Shown here: positions 38,991 to 50,499 of the stretch, piece by piece
How the letters are laid out: every line of letters starts with the position of its first letter
Numbering within the stretch: position 1 is the first letter of the stretch
Source: Octopus sinensis
Taxonomy: Eukaryota
Direction of reading: 5' to 3'
Assembly: GCF_006345805.1 (NCBI RefSeq)
Contig: NC_043003.1
Coordinates: forward strand, 90,706,001 to 90,770,000
DNA: 64,000 nt
Program-made: the position numbers and the translations under genes
Notes under the pieces: generated by a model
Seen by the model: only the letters and a program-made list of their open reading frames with translations
Told to the model about the DNA's origin: nothing
The model's database searches: none

Positions 38991-39842
38991 ATATATATGG
39001 ATTTCGTAGACAGGAACTGAAACAAATCAATTGTATATATATGTATGTATATATGTAAATATATGTGTGCGTCTTTGTCTCTGTGTTTCGCCCTCATCAC
39101 TGCTTCACAACTGCTGTTCATTTATTTACATCCACATAACTTACAATAAAGTTTATGATAAATAACACAAACACTTTGTAATTTAATAGCTTTCAATATG
39201 ATACCTGTTAAACAGAAATCATTTCTATTTAATGAAAATTTAATAAAATCTAATCATGAGTAAGTGAAATTATACTAAATACAACTAAACTGGAAACCTT
39301 TTTTTCCTGGCTATATCGGCAATTCTGAAAGCTTTTAGGTACGAATTTTACATGAGTAGAAGCTTTTGTTTAACAAATTTTATCCTGAAAATCACCTGTG
39401 TAAAAATATACAGGTGCACAAATTACATGGGTTTTTATGGTGTATATTTACACACACACACACACATACACACACACACATACACACACACGCACACACA
39501 CACACATACACACACACACACACACACATACACACACAAGGGAGCACTTAAGTGCAAAATAAAATGGAAAAAATAGAACTCAAATATCAAAGGTAGAGTA
39601 ATATGCTTTTTATTAAAGATGCAAGATTATCACAGAACTGTTACTCAGAGTTTTACAATTCTGTTCATTGGATAGTTGTGATGAAAACTAGATCAATTTT
39701 AATTTAGTTTTCATCACAACTGTCCAACAAACATTTAAGTGTAGGTATATGTATTTATGTATATTTATGTATATGTATGTATTTGTAAAAGCATGTATAT
39801 GTGCGTGTATTTATATTTATAACTTAACCTTATGTACTCTCT

Positions 39843-39972
39843 AAAATCTCTGACGAAGCCTAGAGAAACACCCAAGTACCTCAATTTCATCTACTAAGTA
39901 CTTCAGTCTACTGAAAGGATAAAAGTAGAATGAGGTATTTTTGCTTCTTGGCTGAAACAGCTGTAAGATATT
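39843..39972 (+). ncRNA. Type I hammerhead ribozyme motif with ~97-nt extended stem II
   Basis: ATCT-CTGACGA(39850-56)-AGCC...GGCT-GAAA(39954-57)-C-AGCT-GTA-AGAT. The core is canonical. Stem III is the palindrome ACAGCTGT, the cleavage triplet GUA is at 39963-65, and stem I is AUCU/AGAU. Confidence 0.7.
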
Positions 39973-40187
39973 ATCCCAATTTCTATTGCTATATGATATA
40001 TATTTTAATAATTACTATTATTTTTATATTTTATATATAATATATGTAAAGTATGTGTTATACATGTATGTATATTGTCATAATTGTCCTTTTAGTAAAT
40101 AAATAAATTGACATAATATAATGTCTAAAAGTTGATGAGTACCACCTATTGATCCCTTCCATTTTCTTATTGCTCTCTCTCTCTTTT

Positions 40188-40218
<31 letters not shown>

Positions 40219-40525
40219 TAATATTAATATTATATATATATTAATATTAATATTAATATTAATTTTATTGACTTTTTGTGTAATGACACATTTTAATGTA
40301 TTGGACTGTTCAATATATATGCCTGCTTTGAGTGTGAGTGTACATGTTGTGGTTCCTTGATGTTGGTTATGGAACTGTGGAGTTCAATATGGAACATTAT
40401 TGTGTTTGTTAATGTATATTGATCTATATTGTTTATATTGTATTATTGTGTATATATATATATAGATGTAAGAATATGAGTGTGTATGCACACATATTTA
40501 TATTTATATGTAAATTTTTTTCATA

Positions 40526-40660
40526 CTTGCATTAAATTCTCTGAAGAGGCCGTGAGATATTCTTGTTAATGTCTCATTTATACCTGCTTTATATGGCTAA
40601 TAGGTTAAATGGGACATACCTGTCTTCACGGCCAAAACAGCTGTCAGCTACAATGTAAAG
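40526..40660 (+). ncRNA. Degenerate hammerhead ribozyme (G12->A), tandem partner of the 39850 motif
   Basis: CTGAAGA(40541-47)-GGCCGTGA...TCACGGCC-AAAA-C-AGCT-GTC. It has the same ACAGCTGT stem III. GAAA reads AAAA, consistent with CpG decay of CCGAAAC. Confidence 0.55.
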
Positions 40661-40829
40661 TATTTCTATTTCTATTTCTATGTCTTGTTATATTTGTACT
40701 ATATTAATGTATAATATCATTGCTATTGTGTAATGGTTTAATAAAGTATTGATTGGGTATTATCAGATGGTTGATGATTGATTTAGATATATTTCTCCAT
40801 TTTCTAATTTTGTATATATATATATATTT

Positions 40830-41050
40830 CTTTACTGCCCACAAGGGGCTAAACATAGAGGGGACAAACAAGGACAGACAAACGGATTAAGTCGATTACA
40901 TCGACCTCAGTGCGAAACTGGTACTTAATTTATCGACCCTGAAAGGATGAAAGGCAAATTTGACCTCGGCAGAATTTGAACTCAGAACATAACAGCAGAC
41001 GAAATACTGCTAAGCATTTCACCCGGCATGCTAACGTCTCTGCCAGCTCG
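40830..41050 (-). mobile_element. SINE family A
   Basis: Reverse complement of family A. Further partial copies lie at 56078-56232(-), 63330-63487(-), 62310-62415(+) and 26250-26610(-, split by a MITE). Confidence 0.85.
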
Positions 41051-41639
41051 CAGAATATATATATATTTGTGTGTATGCACCTGCATGTGTGTGTATGTAC
41101 ACACACATATTGTTTGCATATGTATATGCATGCTTATATATGTTATGTGTGTGCCCATACATGTCCATGTGTTTGTTTTCATCTATGCTCACAGATATGA
41201 AAATCACGATGTCCAAGTGGCATTGTGTTCTTATTGGTTTTTCCCTATCAATAAATTTTCTGATCTCTCAATATCTTAAAAGCTGTGTAGAATAAATGAA
41301 CCCTTACTTGAAAAACAGAATATGAATTAGTGCCAGGAAGAGCAACTGGCTGTAAAAAAAATGCCTCAAAAACATATTCCTGTAACCTGCGCTAACACAG
41401 GAAACACAGCTGTAAAACAAACAAGACAAAATGTTGTTTCTGAACTTTAGTTGAACAATATAAGATGGTGTTACACTAATAATATCTCTCCACCACCATC
41501 ATCCAAGCTAAGAAACACTTGCTTAAAAATAGTTATGTAGATATGCGTGTGGGTTGATGTATGATTCTTTTTATTCTTTTACTGGTTCCAGCCAGTTAAA
41601 TCCAGTTTGTTCTTTGATGCTTTACTTATTTATGTTCAG

Positions 41640-41783
41640 AGACAATTCAGAAGAAAATCTGTTGACAGCTTAGGAAGTCAGCAACTGTGGGATTGTTTCA
41701 GAAACATAGAAGAGCCAGGCATGGATTTTGATAGGCTTAGCAATGTGGTGAACAGCTCTGACTTCAAAGTTGACTTCTGCTAA
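41640..41783 (+). CDS. Candidate terminal coding exon of an unidentified gene
   Basis: Acceptor TTTACTTATTTATGTTCAG|. Only frame 0 is open: RQFRRKSVDSLGSQQLWDCFRNIEEPGMDFDRLSNVVNSSDFKVDFC*. Non-repetitive; no homology recognised. Confidence 0.25.
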   Translation, partial: RQFRRKSVDSLGSQQLWDCFRNIEEPGMDFDRLSNVVNSSDFKVDFC

Positions 41784-42242
41784 CGTAGAGTAAGCTGCTG
41801 TGAAGGTGTGTCTGGAGTAGTTTCTAGTACCTGTGTACCTATATATTTAGGGAAATAGTCTCTATACAGTCTCATGTTTTTTTTTGTGTGTGTGTTTGTG
41901 TGTGTGTTTGTGTGTGTGTACCTACATATGTATGTCTTTTCTTCTTTTTATTTATTAATATTCTTTCTGAAGGAAGAAGTTGGTTTTTAACAATGACAAA
42001 AAAATGCTGCATCATAGGAGTTTGGATATATGAAACTTTAGGAAAGTCTTTCATATTTTTACTGTACCACTTACTGATTGTATCTGTAAAATTCATTTTA
42101 GATGGTCTCTCTCTTCCCTTGAAGAAACTCTTTGCTCCTCCAGAATGTTGCTTAGACATTTACTAACATAACTCAATGTAGCAATGGTTACTGGTATGAA
42201 TGCAAATGTATGTATGTATGTTCATATGCTTGAATCTATGTC

Positions 42243-42318
<76 letters not shown>

Positions 42319-42369
42319 ACATATAAATATAAACATGCATCATTTATGCTTACAACTGTCTATCTATCC

Positions 42370-42457
<88 letters not shown>

Positions 42458-43187
42458 CTGCACACACACACATACATTCAAGTGAACCAAGTCTTTAAAG
42501 TTGGAGTCAGTGAAATTGCTATTGTATACAAACAATATTTGAAGAACAAATATGTACTTACTCAAGTGAACACAGATCTATACTCTGGTTGTATGTACAA
42601 TCACAAATGGTTGACTAAATATGCAACGAGTGTCAAGGTTGCACAGGAGTACAAACACTGCACCAATTGTACTGCCTGCAATCGACTCCAGATCCATGTG
42701 AATTGCAGGTTCCAAGTAAAGTGAAAGATAAACAAATAACAACAGATCGATTGTGGTTCACAACAGCTTTTCTAAGACTTGTCTTTTATTGATGAATAGA
42801 ACTATTACATCGTTTTTTAAAGCCATTTTCATCAGGAGAATACATGTAAGAATTACGCATTTGGAACATCGCAATTCCAAAGCAAAAGTACTATTTTCGA
42901 CTCTGCCGATCAAAAATCCATGGTCGATATTGCTTTGGTGTTGAGATGTTCAAAATATTTAATTCTTACATATATACACCTGATGAAAACGATTTTTTCA
43001 CATGAGGCAATACTTCTATTCATCAGAAAAGAAAAAAAACACATCTGAAACAACAATAGTGAACCATGATCCGTCTTTTGTTATTTGTGTGTGTGTGTGT
43101 GTGTGTATACGTACACAAACATGTAAGTATAAATGATGTGTATTTAATATATAGTTGTAGTGGTGGTGGTGGAGCCACAGCAGCAGC

Positions 43188-43245
<58 letters not shown>

Positions 43246-44145
43246 TAGACACAGGCTTCAAGCTATTACAGAAGCAGTAGAGTGAAGGCACATAAATGTG
43301 TATTGTGTACAAAAGTACTGAGTGATGCATATGAGGAAACAGATATACAACATCATCATCATCATCATCATCATCATTATTTAATGTTCCTGTTCCATGT
43401 TGGCACAGGCTGGACAATTTGACAAGATTTGATGAGTCCATGCTTTGGCACAGTTTCTATGGCCAGATGCTCTTCCTAACACCAATCACTTTACAGCATG
43501 TGCCACCTACACTATTGAGGTCACCATGCTTCTCATAGGTATATGAACCTGGGAGGAGGTGGCAGTTTCAAATTAATATTAAGTTACAAGGGGGTTAAAC
43601 TGTGAGGGTGTAGTCAGCATAGCTTTTTGTAGACGATCAGCATGGCTCTTCATATTTAGTTTGAAGGAAGAATGAGAAAATAGAATGATCAGTCATAGTG
43701 TAGATCCTGAAGGAGTAGTAAATTCTATGGTTATTCAAAGCCATCCCAAGGGTGGTCGTACACATCTTTACATTTCCCCAGTCACCCCGCAAAGCCATTA
43801 AAAAATCAATAGAAGTGACTTTTTTTGTGAATTTTCTATCCCAAACCCAATCAAAATTCCCGAAACTTGATACACCAATTGAATGCCAGCTAGCTGTATG
43901 TGATTGGTCGGAGATTTGGACAGTACTCGCATGTATGTGCGCACGCACACAGCTGTATATGCATGTACTAGCACTATGACCTGGCGCTGCTGGGTCATAG
44001 TGCTAGTATGTAATACAAGAAGACAAAGAATGAATGTAGCACAATTTTATTATTAGTAAGAATTGTTTTGGCACCACTCCATTTCTAAGACTATTGCACA
44101 TAAGCGATTCCATGTGCATATATATTTACACTCACATTCACACAA

Positions 44146-44177
<32 letters not shown>

Positions 44178-44422
44178 ATGTATATGTTTAATGTTAAAGT
44201 TGGAAAAATGTGTATTCAATACCACAGTAGGAATTGACAATGCATTTTATTTTGATCAAGTCAATGTGTTGCTACTCTGAGTTTCCCCTGCAAGTGCACA
44301 GTTTTAACCAAAATAAAATATATAAACTGCATGACACCTTGGGCAAATGTTTTCCACTATAGCCTCAAGCTAACTAAAGCCTTGTGTGTGGATTTGGTAG
44401 ATGAAAGCTGAAAGAAGCCCAT

Positions 44423-44462
<40 letters not shown>

Positions 44463-44744
44463 TGTGTCTGTGTGTGTGTCTTTGTATCTCTGTTTGTTCC
44501 CCATCACCACTTTACAGCCAGTGTTGGTTTGTTGTATCTCTCTAACTTCAGCAAAAGAGACTGATAGAATAAATACCAGGCATTAAAAAAATGAGTACTA
44601 GGGTTGAGTTGTTTAACTAAAAATTCTTCAAGGTAGTTCCCCAGCATGGCTGCAGTCTAATGACTGAAACAAGTAAAAGAATAAAGGAAGAATATACATG
44701 TATGTATGATGTATGTATGTATGTATGTATGTATGTATGTATGT

Positions 44745-45082
44745 ATGCACGGGGACATAGAAATAATTGGACTAAATACCCGATCGCGCGGTTAAACCAT
44801 TGGAAGTGAAGGACTCCTAGCCTTTGTTGGGGCATCCTTCTAGGAGAAGGTAACTCAGGTAACTGGGATAACTCCGACATAAAACCTGCGGCTCAGTGGT
44901 TACCGATGATGTTGACGTGTTCTTCTTTTCGGATTATGGCTGCTGTTGCTTAGTGAGTGGGATTGACTCAGTGCACAGCCTTTCCTCACTTTCAAAAAAA
45001 TCTTCTTGCACAGGCATTGCACGGTAGCAACATTGATTAAGCTTCGTGCAATGGCCATACTCGATAAAGAGGGGCAGCCACC
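44745..45082 (+). mobile_element. Element E, copy 2, within (TATG)n
   Basis: As for copy 1, but 65 bp shorter at the 5' side. Confidence 0.8.
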
Positions 45083-45093
45083 ATGTATGTATG

Positions 45094-45127
<34 letters not shown>

Positions 45128-46327
45128 TGTATGTATGTATGTATGTATGTTTGTATGTATGTATGCATGCATGCATGTATATTGTATAGTACCAAGATGA
45201 CTAAGCAATCTGAGATGCCAGAATATGTTGGCATGAAGTGGAAGGATCAGCCATAATGCAATTTTCCATGAGCATCTCCTCATCTTTAAAGATTAATATT
45301 TTTAAGATTGACCCCAATGCATAAATTTTTGGTTTATTAAAAATTTTAATAAATTTTATTTTTTAATAGAGACTGTAAAAGCTAACTTTTAGGTTTTCAT
45401 CATCTTTATCTCTCTTTCTGGGTACTACCCACCACTATTATATAATGCAGAGTACCATGTATTTCCTATATAGCAGGGCAACTGTGCCTGCCATCCACTA
45501 TGATACTTATACCTCTTATCACCTGGAATGAAATCACCTCCCTCTCTACTACAACTATATTCAGTCAAGAGAGGTTTGTCGTCATCTTGCAAGTTACCTG
45601 GTAACCACACCTAATGCCATTGTCACATAAAGAAAAAGCACCCTATGCATGCTGTAAAGGGGTTGGCAACAGAAATCATGCCAAAGAATACTTTGGAGCT
45701 CAATACATTTCTCCAATGTGTTGGATCCTGTCAAACCATCTCCCCTGCCAGCATGGAAGATGGTTATTATATGATGATGATGGTGGTGCTGGTGCTGGTG
45801 CTGGTGCTGGTGCTGGTGCTGGTGAATATATAAATTTCAAAAGATAAATTTTAATTTATGCCAGAAATGTTCATTTTGAATTAAGTTGGCTACTTTCTTT
45901 AAGGCAAGTTTTAAGTGAGAAATTTTCTGTTCTAAGACACTAATATGAATCGCTGCTGTATATTCTCCTGACGTATAAAATAATCACTTTGAAACTTTTA
46001 CACTTCTTTGACTGAAAAACCATCAACATTGCTTGAAAACATCACAGAGTAAACAGCAGAACAGCAACGATTAACTTGTGAAAAAGAAAAAAAAAAAACA
46101 TGGAAACCAAAAATCCATCCTATTTATAGTTTTCCATCAGCAACTTGTTTTCTACTACAAGAAGAAATTCCAAAGTAATGTAATATAGTTCTTTTGGTAC
46201 TATAAATACTGAACAAAATAAAGCATAAAGAAATAAGAATACAAAATATAATAATAAAAATAATAATAATATAATAATAATGATAATAATAATAATAACA
46301 GTAATAACAGTAATAATAATAATAATG

Positions 46328-46376
<49 letters not shown>

Positions 46377-46431
46377 TAATAAAAATAAAAAGAAAGTATT
46401 CTCTGCATATAGTATGTCTTTACTTCAACAG

Positions 46432-46546
46432 TTTGTAAAGTACATGTGCGCAGGATGATTTTTCACTTGTGTTTTGACGGCATTTGCATTAACATACGTG
46501 TATACCATTGTCATATTCTTGCCTGTCGTAGAAAAACTGAATTTTG
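46432..46546 (+). CDS. Candidate internal exon of an unidentified host gene
   Basis: Acceptor TGTCTTTACTTCAACAG|, donor TG|GTAATG. Only one frame is open (xCKVHVRRMIFHLCFDGICINIRVYHCHILACRRKTEFW), and several CpGs are retained. No homology recognised. Confidence 0.3.
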
Positions 46547-46606
46547 GTAATGAGAATATTTTTAGTCTGGATGACAAATTAATGGTAAACAGGAAGGAAT
46601 GATATA

Positions 46607-46652
<46 letters not shown>

Positions 46653-46919
46653 TGTGTGTGTAACAGAAGTTGACAAGTTAAAATTATTTTTATTTTTGTT
46701 GGAGTGACATCTTGCTCACTATACACATACTATTTTGTTGATTTTTTTTTTCATATACATATAGAATTTCAATCATGCATGAATGCACACATATTGTATG
46801 TAGATGTCTAAATGATGATTAACTATTTACATAGTTTATATAAACATAGGTGAATTAAATTAAGACAAACATGAAGTGTTTCACTGGTGTGATGTACTAT
46901 AGAACATATCATGATCGCG

Positions 46920-48716
46920 ATCATCATCATCAACATCGTTTAACATCTGTTTTACAAGCTAGCATGGGTTGGACTGTTTGACTGAGGTCTGGAGAGCCAG
47001 CGGTTGCACCAAGCTCCAGTCTGATCTGGCAATGTTTCTACAGCTGGATGCCTTCCTTAAAGCCAACCACTCCAAGAGTTTAGTGGGTACTTTTTACGTG
47101 CCATCGGCACAAGAGCCAATCAGGTGGGCCTGGCACGGGAGCTAGCCAGGTATACCTGGCATCGACCATGTTTGGATGGTGCTTTTTATGCATCACTGGC
47201 ATGGCAGCCAGTCAGGGGGAACTGGCCACAGCTATGATATTGGTTTTACTTGACTCAACAGGTCTTCTCAAGTGTATTATATTGCTTGATGCATCAGGGG
47301 TATTCTTAACAGGGCCAGACATGTGTGGCTGTGATCTCACTTTAGTTGCCAGGTCTTCTCAATCACAGCATATTTCCAAAGGTCCCGGTCTCCTGTCATT
47401 GTCTCTGTGAGGCCCAATGTTTGACGGTCATGCTTCACCACCTCATCCCAGGTCTCCCTTGGTCTACCTCTTCCACAGGTTCCTTCCACAGTTAGGGAGT
47501 GGCACTTTCTCATGCAGCTGTCTTCATCCATACATAACACATGACCATACCAGTGCAGTCACCTCTCCTGCACACCACATTTAATGCTTCTTATGCCCAA
47601 CATTTCTCTCAGGACACTTACACTCTACATATCCAGCGGATCATGCTAGCTTCATTTCTTTCAAGCCTATGCATGTCCTCAGCATTCATGGCCCATGTTT
47701 CTCTGCCGTGTAGCATGGTAGTTCACACACATGCATTATACAGTCTACCTTTCACTCTGAACGAGAGGCCTTTAGTTGCCAGCAGAGGTAGGAGCTTCCT
47801 GAACTTTGCCAAGGCTATTCTTATTCTAGCAGCCATGCTATCAGAGCATCAACACCGCCTACAGACTTGGTCACCTAGGTAACGGAAGCTATCAACTACT
47901 TCTAGTGTTTCTCCCTGGAATGTGGCAGAAGTTGTTCTCTGCACATTTTCAGTGTTTATTGCTCCCGAGCATCTGCCACACACAAAAACTAATTTCCTGG
48001 TTAACCTTCCTTTGATATTGCTGCACCTTTTATGAGTCTATAGCTTACACTGGGTACATCGTATGGAGTTTCTACCCACACCTTTTCTACAGATTGAGCA
48101 GGGCCATCTACCTGAAGGGGATTGTGATTTGACAGCCTTTCTACTTAGTAAGACTTTAGTTTTTGCTAGGTTAACCCTAAGGTCCTTCGATTCTAGACCT
48201 TGCTCCACACCCTAAACTTCGTCTCTAGTTCTGGCTGTGGCTCAGCAATTAGTGAAAGGTCATCAGCATAGAGGAGCTCCCAGGGACAGCCTGTCTTGAA
48301 TTCCTCTGCTATTGCCCGGAGGACTATAATGAATAAGAGGAGGCTGAGGACTGATCCTTGGTGAATCCCTACTTCTGCTCGGAATTCTTCACTATACTTG
48401 TTGCCAACCCTCACCTTACTGACAGCATCGCTGTACAGGGCTTTTACAGTTTTTACTTGTCACTCATCTACCCCCAATTTCTGCATTGACCACCACATAA
48501 GGGATCGGGCGACCCTGTCAAAGGCTTTCTTCAAGTCAACAAAAGCCAAGTACAAAGATTTATCTTCGGCTATGTATTTCTCCTGTTGCTGCCTTACCAG
48601 AAATATAGCATCAGTGGTGCTTCTACCTGACACAAAACCAAACTGAATCTCATCTGGACTAACTCTCTCCCTAATTAGTTGGGCTATGACTCTCTCTGTA
48701 ACTTTCATCACCTGAG
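46920..48716 (-). mobile_element. 5'-truncated RTE LINE (decayed RT)
   Basis: QFGFVSGRSTTDAIFLVRQ...AFVDLKKAFDRV; VGIHQGSVLSLLLF...LLYADDL; 3' tail at ~46920. Confidence 0.92.
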
Positions 48717-49015
48717 ATATATATATATATAAATTAAATTAAATATAAATTAAATTATGGCTTGTACTGTAGGGTCCGGCGAACCTATTTTACACATACT
48801 TGTGGGTTTAAAAAAAAAAAAATTAAAGTATAGTTTATAGTATTGAATTGTGAGAAAGTGATATAGGGGCCTGATGACTGGTGTTATATTTTAAGAATGA
48901 TTCCAGCAAAACACGGAGTGGTTTAGGAACCGGGAAACGTACCTCATGAAACATGTGTATTTAAAATAAAAATTCTTTTTTATATGGTGAGATGAAGGGG
49001 CCTACTATCTCTAAA

Positions 49016-49040
<25 letters not shown>

Positions 49041-49050
<10 letters not shown>

Positions 49051-49380
49051 AATTTATAAACAACGGCAAAAGAAAAACTTCTAATGCCAAATATCCCGAA
49101 AAAGGACAAATTGTCAATAACCATATAATTTATCACTATAAATACGTGTCATGAAGTAAGCCAACAGAAACTTCTAAAAAATTCCGTTATTACCGTATCG
49201 GTGCCGATTTCAGAGTTAATTCATAAGAATTTTCTCCTCATCAGCGATAAATACGTAAGACATAAATGAAATACTTACTCATACCCTGATAAATTATATG
49301 GTTATTGACAATTTGTCCTTTTTCGGCATATTTGGCATTAAAATTTTTTCTTTTGCCGTTGTTTATAAATTGTTTATATA
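49041..49380. repeat. ~95-bp near-perfect inverted repeat (49041-49135 / 49287-49380) enclosing the hammerhead
   Basis: Left arm TATAAACAATTTATAAACAACGGCAAAAG...CCATATAATTTATCA is the reverse complement of the right arm TGATAAATTATATGG...GCCGTTGTTTATAAATTGTTTATA, with only a few mismatches. Confidence 0.95.
49184..49256 (-). ncRNA. Type I hammerhead ribozyme motif, intact core
   Basis: Minus strand reads TTATCG-CTGATGA-GGAG(AAAATTCTTATGAATTAA)CTCT-GAAA-TCGGCACCGA-TA-CGGTAA. This gives core CUGAUGA (49244-49238) and GAAA (49211-49208). Stem II is GGAG/CUCU, stem III is AUCG/CGAU, the cleavage triplet is AUA (cut between 49196/49195), and stem I is UUAUCG/CGGUAA. Confidence 0.8.
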
Positions 49381-49446
49381 TTTAACCTTTGAAGGTATTT
49401 TTTAATATGCTGGCCATCGATAAAATTTTTTTCGAAAAATTTTATC

Positions 49447-49489
<43 letters not shown>

Positions 49490-50499
49490 TTGATAGACCA
49501 CACTGTATGTTATACTGAATGTAATTATTGCATGCCTATAAAATATGCTTGTGTACTTAAAAGGAAAGAATAACTTTTGGTATGTTTTGATACTTGTTGG
49601 AATCATCATCAGCAACTGTGTGCTCTCTTTAACTATTCATGAATACACTGCTTATGTACCCACTAATATTAGGTGTTAATACCAAATAGGTGGACCAACT
49701 TACATTCATTTATTACCCTTTTACTTGTTTCACTTATTTGACTGCAGCTTAAACCACTAAATTACAGGGACACACCATTACAGGGACACACCAGCATCGG
49801 TTGTCAAGTGAAAGCAGGAGTACAAACACACACACATGCACACATAAATATCCATCCATCCACATATATATATATATATAATAACAAAATAATAAATAAA
49901 ACATATGCATATATACATACATATATGTACGTACCTACATCTATATGTATATATACATGCATATATGGGTACAGGACACCAAAAAAACGTCGGACACAAT
50001 GAGAAGCAAAAACATAAAAACAGAACCATGGAAACGGACATTTTTTCAAACAACGAGAAAACAGAGTAAAAGCCATACAACACAAGGGAAATTGCCCTTC
50101 TTCAGCCGTCTCTGTTTCATCTACTCCATGTTTCAAAGGTAAAGGCAAGACACGACTTTGGTGAAACAGTCCTTCCCACAAAGCAAATTAAATAAAATTT
50201 GAGAGTTTTTGCGGAGGGGTAAAAGTGGTAACAAAAACAGGACAGTAAAAACAATACAAGACAGTAAAAATACAAATAAAAACAGTAAACGACAGGACAA
50301 GTAGAATAACAGTAATACAAACGTTGAGGGCTGTTAAGCCAAGCAAAGGAAAAATTATTTTGAACGTGTGAGAACAACGGCTTAAGAAAGAGATAGGAAG
50401 CCGTCTACACTTGTTGAAGGCTGTGATCAGAAAGACAGTTAAAGTATGGGAAAAGGGGCCAGAGTAGAAGAGGTTTTTTTATTGCTAGGAGCTACAGGG

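Noticed and set aside
42200-42724. 174-aa ORF
   Set aside because: The first half is (CTA)n and (TATC)n translation. The unique remainder has no recognisable domain or clear splice sites.
48860-48925. Plus-strand CTGATGA-CTGG...CCAG-CAAAAC hammerhead-like motif
   Set aside because: It lacks G12, the stem II register is off and the cleavage position would be GUG; at most a heavily decayed relic.
50095-50150. Type II hammerhead candidate (minus GAAAC..GTA..CTGAAGAAGG), also at 18540-18585
   Set aside because: No stem I can be formed between the cleavage triplet and the core.
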